IMG/VR virus record: IMGVR_UViG_3300005613_000080
Coordinates: 1-55,130 of that record
Source of the DNA: a virus
Lineage: Duplodnaviria; Caudoviricetes
Length of the DNA: 55,130 bases
Reading direction: 5' to 3' (one strand)
Position 1 is the first letter of the stretch. Each line of letters begins with the position of its first letter. The translations under genes and the position numbers were made by a program. Below the pieces are notes generated by a model that did no database searches, was not told the origin of the DNA, and saw only the letters and a list, made by a program, of their open reading frames with translations. This document shows, piece by piece, positions 9,254-17,017 of the stretch.

Positions 9254-9266
9254 TGCTGATTCAGCC

Positions 9267-9545
9267 TTATTTCGTCTCGATGCCAAGACAGTCCCCTGCG
9301 TGTTTGAGCACCGCACGCCACTTGTACGGATAGTCAAAATCGCCGCGCACGATGACGTGCTCGGCGAAGGTTCGCCAGGGGACCGTGGTACGCCCATCCT
9401 CGCGGCACTGGGCAAAGTAGCGGAGCGCGTCGTCGATCTGCTGTCGATTCGATAGCTGGCAGGTAGCGCACACGCCGCCCCCCTGATGGCGTGCTGCTTC
9501 CGGCGAGCGAAGGAATGCTTCGACAGCTTGTTTCGGGTCAGCCAT
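9267..9545 (-). CDS. Hypothetical protein with CxxC...HxxxC
   Basis: CATC...HAGDC; overlaps the upstream stop. Confidence 0.6.
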   Translation of the reverse strand: MADPKQAVEAFLRSPEAARHQGGGVCATCQLSNRQQIDDALRYFAQCREDGRTTVPWRTFAEHVIVRGDFDYPYKWRAVLKHAGDCLGIETK

Positions 9546-10149
9546 CGTTTGTGATGTATGCGCCCAGGACGGCACGGGGGCCGCCAGCCGAATCAGTGGC
9601 GTCTCTCACGTCGATCAGTCCGTGCTCCGCTTTGCAACATCCATCGGCGTCAACGGTAAACCGAAGTCTGACAGCCTCTTGGGCACCAATGGCACGGGAC
9701 AATCGTACAAGCAGTTCGGCATCCAGGCAAATCTCCACCGTGCGCCCAGATGACGATTCTGCATCTACCGTATCGAGGATAGCTCGAAACGGGGGCAGGT
9801 TGCCGGGCCACGGTCGCTCCATGCGGACCCAGGGCTTGTCGTCTGCCCGCTGGGCCTCGACGGCGAAGTCCGAGACGATGGACAGCCTGCCTTCTCCCTT
9901 CGTGCCCTGAGACGCCTCCTGGACGGCCTTGGTGGGCAGCAGGCCCGTGGGCGGGTCCTCGTCCATCTCAAGGCGCGGGAGGTCCGCACCGGGCCTCTCG
10001 TCGTGTCGTAGGACGGGCACGACTGCCAGCCCAGCTCCGAAGGTGGCGACGAGGTGATCCCCGTGCGCCTGTACCACATCACATTGGTACGGTTCGGTGG
10101 GCTTCGGGGCGGCGGCTTCGTGGAGCTTGATTCGTTTGGGCCAGCGCAT
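9538..10149 (-). CDS. Degenerate DNA polymerase III beta-clamp-like protein (about two domains)
   Basis: LVATFGAGLA resembles VATDGHRLA; GNLPPFRAIL resembles GxFPDYxxVI; ICLDAELL resembles IxFNxxYL. Confidence 0.5.
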   Translation of the reverse strand: MRWPKRIKLHEAAAPKPTEPYQCDVVQAHGDHLVATFGAGLAVVPVLRHDERPGADLPRLEMDEDPPTGLLPTKAVQEASQGTKGEGRLSIVSDFAVEAQRADDKPWVRMERPWPGNLPPFRAILDTVDAESSSGRTVEICLDAELLVRLSRAIGAQEAVRLRFTVDADGCCKAEHGLIDVRDATDSAGGPRAVLGAYITNDG

Positions 10150-10152
10150 TAG

Positions 10153-10338
10153 TCATTCTCCTTGAGTCTGTCGATCGATCTCGCAGCCAGGGGAAAACTC
10201 GGCCCCGCGCAAGTCGGCCCCGACCAATCTGGCCTCGCGCAAGTCGGCTGTCGAGCAGCATGGCTTTGTGTGGGTGTCAGAGAAGGGGAGGACCGTTTGG
10301 CGATGCACCCAAGATAGCAAGCTATCGGAGGGCATCAA
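10153..10338 (-). CDS. Small protein carrying a pentapeptide-repeat remnant (possible pseudogene)
   Basis: ADLREARLVGADLRGAEFSPG resembles both ends of the 2000-2446 repeat array. Confidence 0.5.
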   Translation of the reverse strand: MMPSDSLLSWVHRQTVLPFSDTHTKPCCSTADLREARLVGADLRGAEFSPGCEIDRQTQGE

Positions 10339-10733
10339 CGGTCATCTTGAACTTTTTTTCCGTCCTCGCCTCGGCCAGCTCGACGGGCCACGTTCTGCCG
10401 CCCCATCTGCTCCAAGCGGCTCACAGACTTCTTGAGCTTCAACTGGTGCGCCTTCGAGGCCACGCTCTTGACGGTGCGCCCGACCCGTCGAGCGATTTCC
10501 AGGTTGTCCGTGTCGGGGTACAGGTCAATCAGCATCGAAAGCTGTTCATGGGTCCATCGCGGCATCCGGCGACCCCTGAAAGCGGCCTTGTCCTTGCCCA
10601 ACGCAAGAGAGCGGGCCGTATCCTCAATGTGCGAGACCGTGACGCCAAAATACCGCGCCAGCTCGCGGTCGCTGCGTCGTCCGTAAAGCAGCTTGAGCTG
10701 CTGCACTTGCTCTTGCGTGAGTTGGTAGGTCAT
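10335..10733 (-). CDS. Tandem HTH/Myb-like DNA-binding protein
   Basis: Two repeats, LTQEQVQQLKLLY..SDRELARYFG and WTHEQLSMLIDLY..DNLEIARRVGRT. Confidence 0.75.
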   Translation of the reverse strand: MTYQLTQEQVQQLKLLYGRRSDRELARYFGVTVSHIEDTARSLALGKDKAAFRGRRMPRWTHEQLSMLIDLYPDTDNLEIARRVGRTVKSVASKAHQLKLKKSVSRLEQMGRQNVARRAGRGEDGKKVQDDR

Positions 10734-10734
10734 C

Positions 10735-13095
10735 CTAGAACGGCTCGTAATGGATTGGGTCCTGGTTGATCGTTTCGAGACTCAGGTGCCAGTTGTGCGG
10801 TCCCCCGAAGTCGGAGTCGAAGTGCGCTCGCGCTTCTTCCAGAGTAGGCAACCTATAGGCACGGGGCCTGTCAATCGTTCGCTGATCTCCTGTCTCTGTC
10901 ACCACCATCATCTGCCGCCCAAGCTGAACGCGATTCACTCCATTCGGCAATAGACGCTTTAGCGCCTGTCCCAGCTTGGTCGCGCCGGATCGATAGTGAA
11001 TGTTATATGTCCGAAGATACTGCACAAAGTCATATGCCAAGTTTGAGCATACGACATAGGGGGGCCAGCCCTCGCCAGGGAAAAGCTCACCATCCAGCAG
11101 CTTGGAGTACCACCACTGTTCTTCGGGACTCATTGAATGCACCTGTTGCTGGCGCAGGGCGTCGGTGTGGGGCACGGCCCGCACATCAAAGCCGTCAAGG
11201 TCAGTATGCAGCAGGTAGTGGAGCAGGGCCTCCTGGCCCCCGTTCTCCATCTCGTCGTCGATGGCCGAGAAGAAAGCCCTGTCTTGCAGGTTCTCGTCGC
11301 TCACTTCCAGCATCAAGAAGCGCCGCTCGTCCGTCCCGGCAGGCACGACCCACTCCTCGTTCGAGGCCATGATGATGTGCAGGTAGTTCCGGGCCGTAAT
11401 CGCGTTGACGCCCTTGCCCTCGATCATCAGCGTGTCTTCGGTGATAAGCGACTTCAGGATCGACTCGTGCTTCTTGTCGCCCGCGTAGAACGCCTCGTCG
11501 GCGAACAGGATCGAGCAGTCCCGCAGATGGGCGTTGAAGCTACCGACGAGGTGCTTGGCATCGACGACCTGGAGGTAGTGCCTGCCGAACAGCCGTCCAA
11601 AGGTGTTTGCGAACTTGCCCTTGCCCGCGCCCTTCTTGCCCTTGAGTACGACCGCGACGTGGCCCTGGCGATCCGGGTGCTGCACGGCGGTCGCCATCCA
11701 GCCCACCAGGTAGCGGTACACGTCCTCGTTGCCAGAGCAGATATTGCGGCGGCAGTGGTCGAGGAACTTCTCGCACGCCCCTGGGCGAGCCTCGACGGAA
11801 AAGCCTTTCCACAGGTTGAAGGCGTCAGGCACGTCGCGACCGGGCACGAACACCACGCGGTCGTACTGCCGCCGCTGCCCGTGGCGAATCCACCAGAGCC
11901 CAAGCGGCATCTCCTTGTCCTCGCCCATCGGGATCAGCACGTTCGAGTAGCGGTTCTTGAAGTCCTCGAACGTCTGGTACGAGAGCACCGACCGTCGCAT
12001 CCCATCGTCGAACGTCTCGCTGATGATGCGGCACTTGCCGCCGATATCGCCGATGACCGCGTGCCGCTCGTTGATCTTGCGGAGCCAGGGGTCGATGGCC
12101 TCTTCCTTCGCCCGCTCGATCTGCCGCAGGGCATATCGCTCGGCACGGCGGCCCTGCTCGATGATCGACTCCGCGATGGCGAACTTGGGGTCCGTCAGGA
12201 CCGAGTAGATCACCGCGTCATCTACGCCCGCCCGCACCAGGGCGCAACAGACGTAGAACACCGCCTCGGAGCGCGACGGGAACCGCTGCGGGTCGTCGGG
12301 GTCGTCGCCCTGGACGATGATCTGCTTGCACTGCTCGGGCACGTTGTCGCCCAGATCATCGACGTGCTCTAGGCGCTGGACGTTCTCGCTCTGGATCTGG
12401 ACGAGGTTGCCCTGAAAGCCCAGGTCGCTGCTGGACTGGACGAGCGGCGCGGGGGTGAACGCCGAGAGCGGATAGACCCGCTCACCGTCGTGGGCGACGA
12501 CCGCCGCGAGCCGGGCGCTGCGGCCCTTGGCGATCTTGTTCGCGTCTGGGCGGTTGATCGTGCCCGGCAGCCGCATGATGCGGTCCACGTTGTGGCACGC
12601 ATCGCCGTCGAACAGGATCTCAAGCTGCTGGTTGTACCGCTTGGCCTCCTCGTACTTCGAGGAGCTGCCCTCGATGGGCATCGGCTCGTCGAGCGTCCAG
12701 TAGGCGTGGTAGCCCCCGCCGCTGTCGATCACCCATGTAGGGGGCGGAACAGACTCAGGAAGCCGCTCCGTCAACAGCTCCAGCGCCCGCGCCCTCTCGA
12801 CCTCTAGCTCTTGCCCAGGGCGCGGGTCGATATCGACGTGCAAGAAGGCCAGGGCTGCGATGTCCTCGCGCTCGGCCTTCTTGCGAACAGGCTTCAGCGT
12901 CGGGTTGACGCTGAAGTAGATGTTGTGATCCTGGCCCCTGCTCTCCAGCCACGCCAGCGCATCGTCAACTTCCGCTGTCGCAAAGGAGCGAGTCTCGATG
13001 CTCTTTTTGTCGGGCTTGATTGCGGTGAGAACCCAGTAGCCAGCAGGCCGGAACGCCTGAAGGAACTCAATGGAGGCGCGGTAGTTGGGAATCAT
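10735..13095 (-). CDS. Primase-helicase (RepB-like/AEP primase plus SF3 D5-like helicase)
   Basis: HVDID and SGGGYH primase motifs; RLPGT; Walker A GKKGAGKG; FADEA; IMASN. Confidence 0.9.
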   Translation of the reverse strand: MIPNYRASIEFLQAFRPAGYWVLTAIKPDKKSIETRSFATAEVDDALAWLESRGQDHNIYFSVNPTLKPVRKKAEREDIAALAFLHVDIDPRPGQELEVERARALELLTERLPESVPPPTWVIDSGGGYHAYWTLDEPMPIEGSSSKYEEAKRYNQQLEILFDGDACHNVDRIMRLPGTINRPDANKIAKGRSARLAAVVAHDGERVYPLSAFTPAPLVQSSSDLGFQGNLVQIQSENVQRLEHVDDLGDNVPEQCKQIIVQGDDPDDPQRFPSRSEAVFYVCCALVRAGVDDAVIYSVLTDPKFAIAESIIEQGRRAERYALRQIERAKEEAIDPWLRKINERHAVIGDIGGKCRIISETFDDGMRRSVLSYQTFEDFKNRYSNVLIPMGEDKEMPLGLWWIRHGQRRQYDRVVFVPGRDVPDAFNLWKGFSVEARPGACEKFLDHCRRNICSGNEDVYRYLVGWMATAVQHPDRQGHVAVVLKGKKGAGKGKFANTFGRLFGRHYLQVVDAKHLVGSFNAHLRDCSILFADEAFYAGDKKHESILKSLITEDTLMIEGKGVNAITARNYLHIIMASNEEWVVPAGTDERRFLMLEVSDENLQDRAFFSAIDDEMENGGQEALLHYLLHTDLDGFDVRAVPHTDALRQQQVHSMSPEEQWWYSKLLDGELFPGEGWPPYVVCSNLAYDFVQYLRTYNIHYRSGATKLGQALKRLLPNGVNRVQLGRQMMVVTETGDQRTIDRPRAYRLPTLEEARAHFDSDFGGPHNWHLSLETINQDPIHYEPF

Positions 13096-13517
13096 TCGGC
13101 ATCAGGCTGTGGCGCGTGCCGACGTAAGGCCGCACCAAGTTCGCGTTTCATGTTGACCTGGGTACACCACGCAGCGCAGGCGACACGCTCCAACTCACGC
13201 CGAGGCACGCGCCCAAGGTGTTCCGCAGCGACAGGACCCGTGAATAGTAGCCAATCAGTCCGCACTTGCAACAACAGGAAGACGGCTCCTCCCTTTCGCC
13301 ATCGCTCGGTCAGGAAGAGGCGCTGTTGCGGCGTGAAGTGCGGAACAGAGACTCTGGATCGCTCCTGCGCGGGCCATCGCGGCAGCCACTTCAGCTCGAT
13401 CCATCCGTCGATGTAGTTGAGGTCCGGCGTGCCGGGAAGGCAGGGGTTCTCCACCGCAAAGCCGTCAAGGCCCCGGAGCGCCTTGACGACCTTTCCCCTC
13501 ATCGCCGACTCGCTCAC
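13092..13517 (-). CDS. PD-(D/E)xK nuclease (VRR-NUC/Holliday junction resolvase-like)
   Basis: GTPDL...WIELK; TPQQRLFL. Confidence 0.8.
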   Translation of the reverse strand: MSESAMRGKVVKALRGLDGFAVENPCLPGTPDLNYIDGWIELKWLPRWPAQERSRVSVPHFTPQQRLFLTERWRKGGAVFLLLQVRTDWLLFTGPVAAEHLGRVPRRELERVACAAWCTQVNMKRELGAALRRHAPQPDAE

Positions 13518-14071
13518 AGAGTTGATTCAAACAGGTTGGCGTGGAAGCCGTACGGGTGTGCAACCGCGTCGATGTTCTCTACACGGATCAGGTAGGCCGT
13601 GGACGCCGCCAGAATCCACTCCGTGAAGCCACCGCCGCCTTCGCCGCCAGATGCGTGAGGACCGCCGCCGCCCAGTACCAGCTCCTCGTCAATCTTCGTG
13701 CCGTCTGCCGACAGGGTGGGCGTGTGCGTCACCGTCGAGAGCAGGGTGTTCGAGGACGACCTGTTCTTGTTGTAGGCCGTCAGGGTCGTACCCGCTGCCG
13801 TGATCGTCGGGCCTTCAAAGATTTGCAGGAGGCCGTTGCCGCCACCTGAGATCGAGAAATCGAGGTGGACCTTTGAGGTGCCCGTCTGGATCAGCACCTC
13901 TAGCGTTCCGCTCGAAGCGATGGACTGATCCACGAAGGTCACGTCGAACAGCCTGCCACGGTGGACGTTGGCGCTGATCGACGGCTCGATGACCAGCGCC
14001 TCGTTGATGGCGTCAACATCTACTGTTGCGCCATCGCCATCGAAATCACGAATCAGGACTTTTCCAGCCAT
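13514..14071 (-). CDS. Beta-rich hypothetical protein resembling a virion accessory protein
   Basis: Thr/Ser/Gly-rich, EWILAASTAYLIRVEN; coupled to both neighbours. Confidence 0.7.
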   Translation of the reverse strand: MAGKVLIRDFDGDGATVDVDAINEALVIEPSISANVHRGRLFDVTFVDQSIASSGTLEVLIQTGTSKVHLDFSISGGGNGLLQIFEGPTITAAGTTLTAYNKNRSSSNTLLSTVTHTPTLSADGTKIDEELVLGGGGPHASGGEGGGGFTEWILAASTAYLIRVENIDAVAHPYGFHANLFESTL

Positions 14072-14523
14072 TACTCAAACCTCGCTTCTTGCGGTGTGTC
14101 TTCTTGGTTCTGGTACTTACCGTCGTAGGGCTGCTCGGTGGGCTCATCGAGCTGGTGACAGACGATCTGCGCGATAGGATCGCCAGGGGTAAGCACGACG
14201 GCTGCTTTGCCGTGATTGGTGATCTCTAGCGTGAGATAGCCCTTCCAGCCGGGTTCGATCACCGTGTTCTGCACGGCGATACCCTGCCGCGCCCAGGTGC
14301 TCTTGTCGTGGACAATGCCCAGCACATCGCTGGGCATATCGAAGTGCTCCAAGGTCACGGCCAAGATGAAGTCGCCCGGATACAGCGTGACCTGTTCCTT
14401 CAGAGAGACACGCACGTCATACCCAGCCATCGAGAGGCCATACGACATCCCGTTGTGCTTCGTGCGTTCGTGGAACGGCGTGAAGATGCCGCGCTTTCGG
14501 ATGCTCTGTCCCGACAGGATCAT
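14071..14523 (-). CDS. dcd: dCTP deaminase (trimeric dUTPase superfamily)
   Basis: MILS start, GYDVR, KSTWARQG, IEPGWKGYLTLE, YDGKYQNQ. Confidence 0.88.
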   Translation of the reverse strand: MILSGQSIRKRGIFTPFHERTKHNGMSYGLSMAGYDVRVSLKEQVTLYPGDFILAVTLEHFDMPSDVLGIVHDKSTWARQGIAVQNTVIEPGWKGYLTLEITNHGKAAVVLTPGDPIAQIVCHQLDEPTEQPYDGKYQNQEDTPQEARFE

Positions 14524-16493
14524 TTGATGTCTCCCCAGTTGGGGCCAACTTCGATGTCAACACGGTGCGGCACGTTGCAGGGTACGCACGTCCGCATGAT
14601 CTGGGCGAGGTGTTCCGCCTCGTCCCGGCTGTAGATGGTCAGGTCCAGTTCGTCATGGACCTGGAGCTGCAAGTTGATGCCCGCCTCGTGGGCCAGCACC
14701 ATCGCCTTCTTGGTCTGGTCTGCCGACGAGCCCTGGATCAGACGGTTGAGCGCCTTGTGCGTCCAGTCGAAGCCCGACCCCTCAGCGGCAGCCGGGAAGT
14801 GGCAGCGACGGCCCAGAACAGTACGGATGTAGCCGCGCTCCTTGGCGACCTTCTCTGCACGACGCGACAGGTCACGGATGAAGGGCACCTTCGAGTCGAA
14901 GGTGTCGAGGAGCTGCTGCCCCTCGGGACCAGCGCCCTCGTACTGCCGCCCGTCCCGTGTCTGCCTCCACTCGGTCGGCAGGCCCAGCGACTTGCACAGT
15001 TTGCCGCCGCCCATCGAGTAGCAGAGCCCAAGGTAGATGGTCTTGGCGTTGCCCCGGTGCTGCTTGCGCTCCTTGGGGCTCCACGAGTCCCACTGCTCCT
15101 GACCGTGGATCAGGATGGTCATCATGTCGTGGTTGTCCGTCTTCGGGTCGTGGCGGTAGCGTTCCGCCGCCTCGCGGGCTCCTCGGCAGTTCGCCATCTC
15201 CGCAAAGTGAACCAGCCACCTGGGCTCTTGCTGCGAGAAGTCGAGGCACGCCCACTCACCGCCCTCGTCGGGCAGGTAGATCGAGCGCCACAACGGCCCA
15301 AGGACAGGATCGCGAGCAGGCTGGTTCTGGAGGTTCGGGTCGGAACTCGACAGCCGCCCAGAGACCGTGCCCTTCGCGTCGCCGCTACCGTCTGGGGTGC
15401 TGCGAAGCTGATGGAACGTCGTGTGGATGCGCCCGTTGACCTGATGCTTGCGGATTGACTCCACGAACGTCGTCCGCACCTTGTTGTATTTCTTGGCCGC
15501 GATCAGCGCATCGGCTGCCGGGTGCTGGAGGCTTTGCAGTGTGGCACTTTTCAGCTCGACCTGTCCCGTCTTTGTCCTGGGCAGCGTGCCCACGGCGGCT
15601 TCGAGCGCAGGGCCGATGACCGACGATCTGTTGAGGTCCTCAATCGTGACTTTGTGCCCAGTCAGGCGCGAAAACTCGGCCAGCGAGTCTGCCTCTTCAC
15701 GCAGGGCCTTGGCCTCGACGAGATCGAGTTTGCTCAGGTCGATCTTCACGCCGCGTCGGCGCATCGCCAGCAGTGCGGGAAGGCAGCGGCTTTCGAGGTC
15801 GTACAGGTCCCACAGGCGCGGCCCATACGGGTCGGCAGCGTCCTCAGCCTCGATGCGCTTCTCCTGCACGTTGATGAGCTGGAGCGGCAGCCTCGCATCC
15901 ATCTCCGCATAAGGCCCGACGTGACGAGCGGGGAGCTTCCACATCTCGGCCTTCGGATCGACGTTGAACATCTTGGCGGCTGCCTGGAGATGCGTCTCAT
16001 CCTTGCCGGGGAAGCCGTTGTATTTCGCCACGTTGTTCAGCGAGTAGCTGCGCTGAAGCTCGTCGAGCAGCGGCTCCGCGATCTGCACGTCGCGGAAGAA
16101 GCGAGGCTCGAACACAATGCCCAGCTCCGCGAGGTAGTCGAGATCATACGGCAGGTTCGCGCCCACAATGTCGCCACGGAACACTGCCGCCTGATCCTTG
16201 AGGTATTGGATGACGTGCTGCGCGTCGAGGTTGTCGCCGCCCTGATGGGCGATGGGCAGATAGTACGCGGGCGCGTGCTCCAGATCAGCTCGCGTGTCTT
16301 CCGGGCGCTGGATCGCGAACGAGATGCCCGTGACGAAGCCACGACGACGGACCCCGATCCCAGTCTTCTTGAGATCGGGGTCACACGTCTCGATATCGAC
16401 GGCAACGCGCATGGCCCCCTCCCATGAAGGGAGGTTGGCAATGGTCGGCGGCGTCCAGGTCGAGTTCGGCAGGTACAGGGGTAGCTGAACCAT
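14520..16493 (-). CDS. polA: Family A DNA polymerase with 3'-5' exonuclease
   Basis: DIET exo I; YAEMD exo III; GRLSSSDPNLQN; DFSQQEPR; KTIYLGLCY; VHDE. Confidence 0.96.
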   Translation of the reverse strand: MVQLPLYLPNSTWTPPTIANLPSWEGAMRVAVDIETCDPDLKKTGIGVRRRGFVTGISFAIQRPEDTRADLEHAPAYYLPIAHQGGDNLDAQHVIQYLKDQAAVFRGDIVGANLPYDLDYLAELGIVFEPRFFRDVQIAEPLLDELQRSYSLNNVAKYNGFPGKDETHLQAAAKMFNVDPKAEMWKLPARHVGPYAEMDARLPLQLINVQEKRIEAEDAADPYGPRLWDLYDLESRCLPALLAMRRRGVKIDLSKLDLVEAKALREEADSLAEFSRLTGHKVTIEDLNRSSVIGPALEAAVGTLPRTKTGQVELKSATLQSLQHPAADALIAAKKYNKVRTTFVESIRKHQVNGRIHTTFHQLRSTPDGSGDAKGTVSGRLSSSDPNLQNQPARDPVLGPLWRSIYLPDEGGEWACLDFSQQEPRWLVHFAEMANCRGAREAAERYRHDPKTDNHDMMTILIHGQEQWDSWSPKERKQHRGNAKTIYLGLCYSMGGGKLCKSLGLPTEWRQTRDGRQYEGAGPEGQQLLDTFDSKVPFIRDLSRRAEKVAKERGYIRTVLGRRCHFPAAAEGSGFDWTHKALNRLIQGSSADQTKKAMVLAHEAGINLQLQVHDELDLTIYSRDEAEHLAQIMRTCVPCNVPHRVDIEVGPNWGDIK

Positions 16494-17017
16494 CAGACGG
16501 GAAACTCGTCAGGGGTGCGCGTCCAGACGTGCTCGTCCACGAACTCCGCAAGCTCTTGCGGCATCCGGTTGTTCTGGAGCCACACGACCGTCTTGGCGAG
16601 CGTCGTCTGGGCGTTCTGGTTGCCCATCGCAATCTGCTCCTTGGCCCAGAGGTGATACTCGACCACATCGAGGCCCACCAGCCAGAACCGCTCCAGCTCG
16701 TCAAGCTGGACGGTCCAGCCCAGGCGCTTCGAGACGCGGGCCTCGACTTGCGCCAGCCGCTTGCCGAACTCGCCGTCCGACAGCTTCGCAGGCTGCGGGA
16801 TGTCGCCAGTCCATCGCTCCGCGAGATCGTGGAACATGACCGCCAGCATCAGCTCTTTCGAGCAGTCCGGGTACAGCGTGATCAGGAGGGTCAGCATATC
16901 GAAAGAATGCTGACCCACCGTGTAGCTGCCGTGGTGCGGCATCGTGTGCGACCGCTCCACCCGTGACGCCTCGCGCAACCGCTGCACGAGCGTTGTCATC
17001 GGGGTGATGTCGGTCAT
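16493..17017 (-). CDS. HD-domain (YfbR/DatZ-like) deoxynucleotidase
   Basis: TVGQHS...FHDLAE..TGDIP.PAK; ATGA overlap with the RNR stop. Confidence 0.85.
   Translation of the reverse strand: MTDITPMTTLVQRLREASRVERSHTMPHHGSYTVGQHSFDMLTLLITLYPDCSKELMLAVMFHDLAERWTGDIPQPAKLSDGEFGKRLAQVEARVSKRLGWTVQLDELERFWLVGLDVVEYHLWAKEQIAMGNQNAQTTLAKTVVWLQNNRMPQELAEFVDEHVWTRTPDEFPV

Noticed and set aside
10153-10260. Diversity-generating retroelement TR/VR pair with the pentapeptide gene
   Set aside because: No reverse transcriptase was recognised, the match is short, and the differences are not adenine-specific.
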